Of a DNA stretch of 64,000 bases, positions 1 to 8,513 are shown in pieces. The DNA is from Dehalococcoidia bacterium (GTDB taxonomy: Bacteria > Chloroflexota > Dehalococcoidia > Lucifugimonadales > UBA1123). The number at the start of each line of letters is the position of its first letter. Within the stretch, counting starts at the first letter, position 1. The notes beneath the pieces were generated by a model, which ran no database searches, was not told where the DNA came from, and was given only the letters and a program-made list of their open reading frames with translations. The position numbers were made by a program, and so were the translations under genes. The stretch lies in NCBI GenBank assembly GCA_963664365.1, contig OY761144.1:2281596-2345595 (forward strand). The letters are read 5' to 3'.

Positions 1-3000
1 AGCACCTGTCCATCGTCGCGGTGGGGTCTATCCCCGCGTGTGCGGGGGAGCCGCATATCGAGCGAATCCGCCGGATCGCGGACTCGGTCTATCCCCGCGT
101 GTGCGGGGGAGCCGGAGACGCCGGACTATACAACCCCACCTACGAAGGTCTATCCCCGCGTGTGCGGGGGAGCCCGACGGCCCGACCATGCGATTCTCTA
201 GCTGTGAGGTCTATCCCCGCGTGTGCGGGGGAGCCAAAGACCGCCATTTCGTCGAGAATGTCCGCCAGGGTCTATCCCCGCGTGTGCGGGGGAGCCCCCT
301 CCATGGATAGGCAGCAGGCAAAGACCGAAGGTCTATCCCCGCGTGTGCGGGGGAGCCGATGTACTCAATGTTTCCCATCGCGCTGAACGAGGTCTATCCC
401 CGCGTGTGCGGGGGAGCCATAAAGGAGAGAACTATGCGGAAGAAATATCGAGGTCTATCCCCGCGTGTGCGGGGGAGCCCGAACTCCCAGAAGGCGGACG
501 GGTCCTGAGCCGGGTCTATCCCCGCGTGTGCGGGGGAGCCTGTTAGGCATGGATAAGCCGTACAGCAATCATAGGTCTATCCCCGCGTGTGCGGGGGAGC
601 CTCACGCTCGCCGCGCTCGCGGTCATGGCCGGGGGGTCTATCCCCGCGTGTGCGGGGGAGCCTGCTCGATGGGCGAGAGGTCCTGGCGCTGGACGGGTCT
701 ATCCCCGCGTGTGCGGGGGAGCCAAAGCGGCGATGGAGTTGGCCGAACTATATCAGGGTCTATCCCCGCGTGTGCGGGGGAGCCCTCTCCTCCTGTCGGC
801 CGTCGGCCGGCCGACGCGGTCTATCCCCGCGTGTGCGGGGGAGCCGGTGATCCTCATGAGTCGAAGATCGGCATCATCGGTCTATCCCCGCGTGTGCGGG
901 GGAGCCCCCAGATTCAAGCGCCCAGTCTTGACGAGAGCCGGTCTATCCCCGCGTGTGCGGGGGAGCCTACGCTAGGTCTTCCTCAGTCGCGTTTTCGCGC
1001 GGTCTATCCCCGCGTGTGCGGGGGAGCCTTATCGCACAAGTCATGCAAGTTATGTACACGGGGTCTATCCCCGCGTGTGCGGGGGAGCCAGCAGCAGGCT
1101 CATGGGGTCCCATGCTGCAAAAGGTCTATCCCCGCGTGTGCGGGGGAGCCCGGGTCGTCGGCCAGGACGGTGATCCCGATGGAGGTCTATCCCCGCGTGT
1201 GCGGGGGAGCCGCCTGTCCGCAACCCGCAGATTAGCACTTACGCGGTCTATCCCCGCGTGTGCGGGGGAGCCGCGCCCAAGGGGCCTGGGTTTCCCGGGA
1301 AATCAGGTCTATCCCCGCGTGTGCGGGGGAGCCTCCACATTGGGGTCGGAGGCATACGCCTACGAAGGTCTATCCCCGCGTGTGCGGGGGAGCCGGGTGG
1401 ATCGTGGTTAGTATGTCGGTGAACGACGGTCTATCCCCGCGTGTGCGGGGGAGCCGGCTTTGGCGTGGTTAGTATGTCGGTGAACGACGGTCTATCCCCG
1501 CGTGTGCGGGGGAGCCGGCTTTGGCGTGGACGGCCGCGGCGGCGGCGGCGGTCTATCCCCGCGTGTGCGGGGGAGCCCGACCCAAGCAGGTCATGATCAT
1601 CAAATGTCCGGGTCTATCCCCGCGTGTGCGGGGGAGCCCTGCCCGGACAACCACATCGCACTATGCGAGAGGGTCTATCCCCGCGTGTGCGGGGGAGCCA
1701 CGCCCAAGGGGCCTGGGTTTCCCGGGAAATCAGGTCTATCCCCGCGTGTGCGGGGGAGCCGGATAGCTAGATCCTATCACACTCGGTGGGACTGGTCTAT
1801 CCCCGCGTGTGCGGGGGAGCCCGGAGGGGATGGATGGAGCTATCGTACAAGCTCGGTCTATCCCCGCGTGTGCGGGGGAGCCGACTACGGACGATACCGT
1901 CCAGAAGGTGGCACAGGTCTATCCCCGCGTGTGCGGGGGAGCCGGAGAGATCACCATACGTCGGCGTCGCAGGTGAGGTCTATCCCCGCGTGTGCGGGGG
2001 AGCCGCCGGCAAGCACCTTTGGTCATACGACAAAGGAGGTCTATCCCCGCGTGTGCGGGGGAGCCTGCCGGCTCTGATGTAGTATTCACAGTGGTCTGGG
2101 TCTATCCCCGCGTGTGCGGGGGAGCCGTCCATGCCGAGATTGATGGCTACAATCTCGCCGGTCTATCCCCGCGTGTGCGGGGGAGCCCATTGGCTAGACT
2201 TTGCGTAGGTGTGGAAGTGCGGTCTATCCCCGCGTGTGCGGGGGAGCCAGACGCGCCCAGTTTTCAGTCCTCGATGGTGACGGTCTATCCCCGCGTGTGC
2301 GGGGGAGCCTGACTGCCACGCATATCTGCGCCTTGCGATGGCGGTCTATCCCCGCGTGTGCGGGGGAGCCGGTCGCGTGCGGCCCGTACTCCTCGTACTC
2401 CTCGGTCTATCCCCGCGTGTGCGGGGGAGCCCAATGTCTTCCCTGCCCCCTCTGGTCAGGAACGGGTCTATCCCCGCGTGTGCGGGGGAGCCCCCCACAG
2501 CACATTCAGGGTGGACGCCACCTACGGTCTATCCCCGCGTGTGCGGGGGAGCCTTCGCCCTCGACGAACGAGGCGTCGTCCGAATCGGTCTATCCCCGCG
2601 TGTGCGGGGGAGCCGTCATCAAGCTCTACGCACGTGTCTTCGGCGGGGGTCTATCCCCGCGTGTGCGGGGGAGCCCTGGGTTCCCCGAACCCCTGACTGG
2701 GTTCGTGAGGTCTATCCCCGCGTGTGCGGGGGAGCCCGCCATCCGGCCTGCTGGAAGCAATAGCCCGGAGGTCTATCCCCGCGTGTGCGGGGGAGCCATG
2801 TAGCGTAAGTTGGTGTCCAAATCCTCGATGGGTCTATCCCCGCGTGTGCGGGGGAGCCGAGCGTCATGCCTTGCAGATCAACGCTGTGCCAGGTCTATCC
2901 CCGCGTGTGCGGGGGAGCCTGATAGTCAGATGGGATCTCCTATGCTGAAGCCGGTCTATCCCCGCGTGTGCGGGGGAGCCCCGGGGTTCCTGAGTGGCAC

Positions 3001-3895
3001 CCGCCCGAATGGAGGTCTATCCCCGCGTGTGCGGGGGAGCCTCTGTGACGCTGATTCTGGTGTTTGCCGTGTAGGGTCTATCCCCGCGTGTGCGGGGGAG
3101 CCAACGGAGGACTGTACGCAGTCGGGGAAGAAACCGGTCTATCCCCGCGTGTGCGGGGGAGCCCGTATCGCCATTATCTTCTCCTTGGTTTTCTGGGGTC
3201 TATCCCCGCGTGTGCGGGGGAGCCTAGAACAGTCAAATACTCTTACGGCGCCGCCTGGGTCTATCCCCGCGTGTGCGGGGGAGCCTTGGACGACGACGAG
3301 CCGGAGGACGAGTTGATCGGTCTATCCCCGCGTGTGCGGGGGAGCCGGCAGGCCGGGCGGCGCCCAGCTCACCGGCTGCGGTCTATCCCCGCGTGTGCGG
3401 GGGAGCCGACCCGGGCAATCTCCTCACGTCGGACAACGCCGGTCTATCCCCGCGTGTGCGGGGGAGCCGGCAGCTTCGGCAGTCGCGGCAGGCTCGGCAG
3501 CGGTCTATCCCCGCGTGTGCGGGGGAGCCACGCGCGCCTCGACGGCGCGCAGGGGCGGAGGAGGTCTATCCCCGCGTGTGCGGGGGAGCCAACTTGCACA
3601 TAACTTGCACATTACGGAGGTCAGGTCTATCCCCGCGTGTGCGGGGGAGCCGAGATGCTCTATGAGCCTCTAGGGAGGCTGTTAGGTCTATCCCCGCGTG
3701 TGCGGGGGAGCCATCCCCGCGTGTGCGGGGGAGCTTCCTTAGATAGGTCTATCCCCGCGTGTGCGGGGGAGCCAGGGCGTCCCGGGCGAGCGCCAGATGC
3801 TCCAACGGTCTATCCCCGCGTGTGCGGGGGAGCCCTCCGCTTCCTGTCCTGCGTGACGGCGCGATTGGGTCTATCCCCGCGTGTGCGGGGGAGCC
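1..3895 (-). CRISPR. Type I-E CRISPR array, 64 repeats in window; array continues beyond the left edge
   Basis: GGTCTATCCCCGCGTGTGCGGGGGAGCC recurs with a strict 61-nt period from 25 to 3868 (28-nt repeat plus 33-nt spacer). Its reverse complement GGCTCCCCCGCACACGCGGGGATAGACC has the I-E architecture (6-bp GC stem, ACAC loop, AUAGACC handle), so crRNA sense is the minus strand, as for the cas genes. The window starts inside a spacer. Confidence 0.97.
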
Positions 3896-3946
3896 TCTTG
3901 ACAACGTGATTGAACACGGCCAAGAGTATTCGTAAACCGAATAATG
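3896..3946 (-). promoter_or_regulatory. CRISPR leader (only 51 nt between cas2 stop and first repeat)
   Basis: A+T-rich 51-nt stretch between the cas2 stop codon (3947-3949) and the cas-proximal repeat (3868-3895), at the position of the I-E leader. No promoter hexamers could be called confidently. Confidence 0.5.
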
Positions 3947-4234
3947 TTAGTTGTACTTTACCAAGTACACCCCGTCGGCGTCCACGATGGTCTTGGGGGC
4001 CTCGCCCAAGAGTCGTATCCGTTGTTCGCCGACTGCCGTGGAGTCGGTCCAGGTCATTACTATCGCCCCTCGGCCGGAGTCGTAGTACCAGCGGCTGAGG
4101 ACATCCCAGATCCGGTCTCTGATCCCGGTCGTCATTCGGGGGCTGGTATAGACGCCGGGGGCTATCTCCAGCATCACGGACGCCAGGAATCCCCTGTATC
4201 TCGCCTCTACGTTGACTGTGACTACCACTGTCAC
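3947..4234 (-). CDS. cas2: CRISPR-associated endoribonuclease Cas2 (I-E), 95 aa
   Basis: Last 95 codons of the 3947..4882 ORF (VTVVVTVNVEARYRGFLASVMLEIAPGVYTSPRM...), a typical Cas2 N-terminus. GTG at 4234 lies 11 nt downstream of the cas1 stop. The rest of the long ORF overlaps cas1 out of frame. Confidence 0.85.
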   Translation of the reverse strand: MTVVVTVNVEARYRGFLASVMLEIAPGVYTSPRMTTGIRDRIWDVLSRWYYDSGRGAIVMTWTDSTAVGEQRIRLLGEAPKTIVDADGVYLVKYN

Positions 4235-4245
4235 TTGGCGCCTCG

Positions 4246-5172
4246 CTAACTGTCGCCCGACGGCGTTTCCGACTCGTCTTTGTCTTCGGGCGGAGTGATG
4301 TCCTGGAAGAGTACTTTGATGCGGTCTATCATCTTGGGAATCACGCGCTCGGTCCGCAGCATCTCTCCCGTCGTGCGGCGGGTGTTCCTTTCGATGTTGA
4401 TCCTGGGGTTTTCCATGGCGGACTTCGCGGACTTGAACGCCGCAGGGAGCAGCACCGTGTCGCGGAACAGGTCGGCGATGTCCAGCGCGAAAGCGTCGCC
4501 GCTCTGTTCGTGTATGAACCCCAGTTGGGGGACCGCGCCGACGGACATTACGGCGATCACGGCCGCCGAGGTGACGGCGACGGATGCGTGGTTGATGGCC
4601 TGGTTGGGGATGTCGGCGGCGAGCGGGTTGGCGCGGTCGTAGCGTCGGCCTCTCCACACGATGCCGTAGCGCTGGGCGAGGTTTTGGTAGGTGCGCTTCA
4701 TTCGGGCGCCCTCGATTCCGCGCAGCGCCTCGATGTTCTGGTGGGGCAGCACTTCGCCTAGACGCATCGCGTACATCTTGCGGGCCACTACGATTCGGCT
4801 GCCCTCGGCGTCGCCCCACGCGCGCATCTGCCGTCGGGCGACGTCGGAGGTGTCGGGCATCAGGGGCGGAGCGGTGTAGCATCTGACGCCATCCTCTCCG
4901 ACGGCGACTAGCGCGGTGCCGTGACGGGCCATGAGTCGGAGGGCGTCGTGGCTGACGGTGGAGCCGGGACCCAGCAGTATCATCGAGAGGGACTGGAAGG
5001 GGATGCCGTATTCGCCGGAGTCGAGGGGGCTTCCCGAATCGGGGGCGGCCTGGCGCTCGAAGCGCAGAGTGCCGTCCCGGACGGTCAGCGCCCCTCGACT
5101 CAGCCAGAGAAGCCCCTGGCGGTCGGCGTGTGGAATTCTTGCCGTCTCAAGTCCGAGTCTGCCTCTCAGCAT
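4246..5172 (-). CDS. cas1: CRISPR-associated integrase Cas1 (I-E)
   Basis: 308-aa ORF, MLRGRLGLETARIPHADRQGLLWLSRGALTVRDGTL..., Cas1e-like. Sits between cas6e and cas2. Confidence 0.9.
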   Translation of the reverse strand: MLRGRLGLETARIPHADRQGLLWLSRGALTVRDGTLRFERQAAPDSGSPLDSGEYGIPFQSLSMILLGPGSTVSHDALRLMARHGTALVAVGEDGVRCYTAPPLMPDTSDVARRQMRAWGDAEGSRIVVARKMYAMRLGEVLPHQNIEALRGIEGARMKRTYQNLAQRYGIVWRGRRYDRANPLAADIPNQAINHASVAVTSAAVIAVMSVGAVPQLGFIHEQSGDAFALDIADLFRDTVLLPAAFKSAKSAMENPRINIERNTRRTTGEMLRTERVIPKMIDRIKVLFQDITPPEDKDESETPSGDS

Positions 5173-5225
5173 GTATATTCGCCTCCGGTTTGCGTTATTC
5201 GGTTGTTAAGGTGCTAGATATGCGG

Positions 5226-5966
5226 TCATTCGCGGGCGGGACGCAGCAGAAGCATCCCGTATCCGTAGGCGCGATGGCGTCCGACTCCGTTTGCCACGAG
5301 GTCTGCGAACTCTGCGGGGTCGGTCACAGTGAGGGTTCCCTGCATCACGGCGTCGGGGCCTTCGGATGCGCGGGCGCGAAGTTTGCGAACCACGCGGACC
5401 CTCTGGAAGGATTTCAAGCTCGCCTCCTCGAGGCGCGCGCCGCGCCGGGCGAGCCTGTCGGACAGCCAATCCTTGTAAACTTCCGCACGGCTGCGCTTCA
5501 TCTCCCCTTTGGCGTGGCGTTCCGCCTCCGACTGGAAGGCGTCCTGCTCTCTCATCTTCTTGCCCGCCTCGTCGGAGTCTCGCGCGTGTCTCACGACGGG
5601 GCGGATCAGGACCTCGAATCCCAGACGCTGCCCGGTTCGCCACGATTCGGGCATGGTCTTGCTGTCGATGCTCGAGGCGGGGAGTATCTTGGACTGGAGC
5701 GGACACGCGAAGGTTCGCGCCTCGTCTCGGAGCTCGTCGGCGTCGCAGGCGGCATATCCGTAGAACGTGCCGCGCCCGCTCTTGCGCTCGCGAGGGATGA
5801 TGACGCGGAACGGCTTTGGCGCGGTCTCGCGCCCGAAGCTCTCGGTAATGAGGCAGTGCATGGCGAAGCCGGGGTCGAAAGCGTTTCGGCTGATCATGCC
5901 TCTCGATCCGGCCCAGCGGTAGAAGGAGCGCAGGTCTATGTCGGCGCGTATCATGTTGGTGGTCAT
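5226..5966 (-). CDS. cas6e: Cas6e (CasE) crRNA endoribonuclease
   Basis: 246-aa ORF with C-terminal GVGRHRAYGYGMLLL, typical of the CasE glycine-rich loop. Canonical operon position, 4-nt overlap with cas5e. Confidence 0.85.
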   Translation of the reverse strand: MTTNMIRADIDLRSFYRWAGSRGMISRNAFDPGFAMHCLITESFGRETAPKPFRVIIPRERKSGRGTFYGYAACDADELRDEARTFACPLQSKILPASSIDSKTMPESWRTGQRLGFEVLIRPVVRHARDSDEAGKKMREQDAFQSEAERHAKGEMKRSRAEVYKDWLSDRLARRGARLEEASLKSFQRVRVVRKLRARASEGPDAVMQGTLTVTDPAEFADLVANGVGRHRAYGYGMLLLRPARE

Positions 5967-6712
5967 GGCTGTTTCTCCTTGATTCCGAAGCAGTCCTTGT
6001 CCGCGCTGCCCTCATGCACCAGTCGACCGCCGCCGTGAAGACCTGAGACCCAGTTGCGTTCGTCGGTGAGCATATAATCACGGTTGGAGGAGACGGCGTC
6101 CACGCCCTCGCCATCGGGCCAGAGCATCGCCACTCGCCGCGGTGCTTCTTTTGGGCAGGCGAGCGGCGTTTCCAGAAGCGCCGCCAGTACGCTCGGAGCA
6201 TCGACGAAGCCGCCGCACAGCCGCGTCGACGGCAGGCAAGGCTTCCGACCAATGAACAAGGGGCGCATCGGCTCGTCGAGTTTGGCCGCTAGTTCTTCCA
6301 AGGCCGGCTCTTCGTCCGCACACTCAAGGCGCAAGGCGACAGTGACGCGCATGTCGGCGTAGTAGTCGCGGTAGCGCAGGTGGGGCGCATTGTAAGTGTT
6401 TGCGCCACCGGCGCGGCCTTCCGGCGTCCCTCGGGTGGTCCAGCCTTTGTCGTCTTTGTTCAACTGCGCGGTCTGAAAGTCTCTCATGCTGAGACCGCCA
6501 TGTGGTTTGCGGTCGATTCGGGCGGCGAATATGATCCGGTCCTGCAAGTCCTGGTGCCGCGCTCTATCGACACGCCGCCAGCCGAGCGCGTTGGCGAACA
6601 GCCCGGTCAGCATGGACGCCGCCGGGAATGGACGGATGACGCCGTAGTTGTCTATGGTCTCGCCGCCGAACGCCATCATTGGCGATTCGAGGTTGAGTAT
6701 GAGGTGTCGCAT
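5963..6712 (-). CDS. cas5e: Cas5e (CasD) Cascade subunit
   Basis: 249-aa ORF, MRHLILNLESPMMAFGGETIDNYGVIRPFPAASMLTGLFANALGW, a Cas5e N-terminal pattern. Operon order fits. Confidence 0.85.
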   Translation of the reverse strand: MRHLILNLESPMMAFGGETIDNYGVIRPFPAASMLTGLFANALGWRRVDRARHQDLQDRIIFAARIDRKPHGGLSMRDFQTAQLNKDDKGWTTRGTPEGRAGGANTYNAPHLRYRDYYADMRVTVALRLECADEEPALEELAAKLDEPMRPLFIGRKPCLPSTRLCGGFVDAPSVLAALLETPLACPKEAPRRVAMLWPDGEGVDAVSSNRDYMLTDERNWVSGLHGGGRLVHEGSADKDCFGIKEKQP

Positions 6713-6715
6713 GGT

Positions 6716-7873
6716 TCACGCCGCCTTCCCGTCGCGGACGGCTCCGGCGGCCCAGGACGCGAGGTCGTCAAAGGGAACTCGCTCCGCATTGGGAACGTCG
6801 CAGTCGTCCACCGACATGATCCGCCGGCTCTCCCGTGCGCCGTATGCGTTGTCCAGCTTGGACAGATGGGAAGACAGGGCGTTTGTCGCCTTGTCAACTT
6901 GCGGATTCTTCACGGGACATCGGAAGGCGTTGGCGAGGCTGCGGGGCTGGCGCGACCCCGCCTCGACCAGCATCAGGTTGGCGTAGGAGTAGGGCGCGGT
7001 GGAGCCGAGTTTCGCGCCGGGCGACACGGTGGCGATCAGGTGGATGAGGTTATGCACCACTTGACCCGCCAAGACTTTTGACCCCGACAGGTTGGAGACC
7101 AAGTTGGGCACGTCCACGACGACGTAGCCGTAGAAGAGGCCGGCGGTGAGTTCGACGTCGCCGATGTGGTCCGCGCCCGGGTCTTCGTCGTCGCCTTGCA
7201 GGTCGTCCACGACGGAGAAGTAGTCGCTCTCGGACTCTTCAGGGTGTACGGTGAATGCGTGGGCGACGTGGACGGCGGCTTCGATGTTCGCTGCGGGGTC
7301 GGAGGTGACCATTCTGCCGAACAGCGCGCCGGTCAGTCCGCCGGGCAAGGTTGCGCTCTGCCTGAACGCGTGGAAGTTCTCGCGCTGCTCGTTGGCGCGC
7401 TGGCTGCTGAACAGCAACTTGGCGGCTTCGGCGGCGGCCTCCGCATCTTCCGAATGGGTCTCGCAGATCGTTTTGGCCTGCGTTTGGAGGTACTCGACCT
7501 CCGGGAGCCCGAGCAAGAGCGGCTGCCGTCCGCTCCTAGTCGTGCCCTTGTCTCCGTACACTCCCTTCTGGAACTCTTCCTCGACTCCGTTGAGGAGGTC
7601 GTCGGAGTAATTACCCGATTCACGGAGGGGCTGCATGATGCTGCGCGTGACGGTCTCGCGCGAGCGCACGGCGTCCGCCGCGCCGTCGATGTTGCCAACC
7701 GCGAACTCGTCGTCCGCCACGCGCCAGTGGCGCTTGAGGCACTGCGACGACACGCGAGTCCGAGTCGCGCCGCCGAACGGCATCCGCTTGGCTAGGCCGC
7801 TGTCGTCGCGGTTCAGCAGGGCGGCAGGGTAGGAGTGCAGCGTGTGGATTTGTAGGAATCTTGGGATGGTCAT
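6716..7873 (-). CDS. cas7e: Cas7e (CasC) Cascade backbone subunit
   Basis: 385-aa ORF, FLQIHTLHSYPAALLNRDDSGLAKRMPFGG...RVSSQCLKRHWR, a CasC signature. Operon order fits. Confidence 0.9.
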   Translation of the reverse strand: MTIPRFLQIHTLHSYPAALLNRDDSGLAKRMPFGGATRTRVSSQCLKRHWRVADDEFAVGNIDGAADAVRSRETVTRSIMQPLRESGNYSDDLLNGVEEEFQKGVYGDKGTTRSGRQPLLLGLPEVEYLQTQAKTICETHSEDAEAAAEAAKLLFSSQRANEQRENFHAFRQSATLPGGLTGALFGRMVTSDPAANIEAAVHVAHAFTVHPEESESDYFSVVDDLQGDDEDPGADHIGDVELTAGLFYGYVVVDVPNLVSNLSGSKVLAGQVVHNLIHLIATVSPGAKLGSTAPYSYANLMLVEAGSRQPRSLANAFRCPVKNPQVDKATNALSSHLSKLDNAYGARESRRIMSVDDCDVPNAERVPFDDLASWAAGAVRDGKAA

Positions 7874-7898
7874 TTGGTTTCTCCTTGTTGTGGTTTCA

Positions 7899-8513
7899 CT
7901 ATTCGCTTTCCGTGGTGTCAGGCTGGAAGCGACGCTGAGCCTGAAAGTATTCGCGGGCGATGCGGTGTCGGTGCCGCTCCGCCGCAGTATCGTTGAATCC
8001 GTTGTTGCGAATGAAGTTCGCCATCTCCCGCCAACTGAAGGTGACGTTTGCAGCGGCCAGCATCCGGAAGGCTCTCGCCAGCAGTGTTCGAGTCATGTCG
8101 CCGCGCGAGGTTAGCAACCGCTTGAGACGAGCTTCGCTGTAGAATCCCTGCTCCCGGGTCGTTTCGCCGCCAAGATATAGCGCGCGGCCGACCGGCATCT
8201 GCCCGTCATGCGCCGTTGCTCTATCATTATCCCCGCCCTTCGGCGTCATGAGGGCTATTCCATGAAGGATCAACGCCCATTTCTTTTCTACTTCGGGCGG
8301 ACCGAACAGTTCTTCCCGAGCCAGCAGTCCCATCAGCGCCGGCGAGTCGGTGCGGTCCGGGTCCATTCTGCGGAGTTCGGCCAAGTCACCTCGCCCGAAG
8401 CCTTCCTGGGCCACCTGCCAAGCGAATTTCGTTGCAATGTCGCCCCAAGTACGGGGCGCTCCGTTTTGACCTTCCACTTTCGACGTTGCAGTGTCAGACG
8501 AGCTAGTTGTCAT
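7899..8513 (-). CDS. cse2: Cse2 (CasB/Cas11e) small Cascade subunit, 204 aa
   Basis: ATG at 8513 (MTTSSSDTATSK...) overlaps the cse1 stop by 11 nt. The ORF-track start at 8615 lies inside cse1. Helical protein at the Cse2 position. Confidence 0.8.
   Translation of the reverse strand: MTTSSSDTATSKVEGQNGAPRTWGDIATKFAWQVAQEGFGRGDLAELRRMDPDRTDSPALMGLLAREELFGPPEVEKKWALILHGIALMTPKGGDNDRATAHDGQMPVGRALYLGGETTREQGFYSEARLKRLLTSRGDMTRTLLARAFRMLAAANVTFSWREMANFIRNNGFNDTAAERHRHRIAREYFQAQRRFQPDTTESE

Noticed and set aside
21-3909. About forty overlapping ORFs (60-256 aa) across the first 3.9 kb, full of VYPRVCGGA, SIPACAGEP and GLSPRVRGS motifs
   Set aside because: They are translations of the CRISPR repeat in three frames, joined by spacer read-through. 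The strict 61-nt periodicity shows this is an array, not coding sequence.
3947-4882. 311-aa ORF overlapping cas1
   Set aside because: Only the last 95 codons (cas2) are credible. The upstream part is an Arg-rich alternative frame of cas1, typical of high-GC shadow ORFs.
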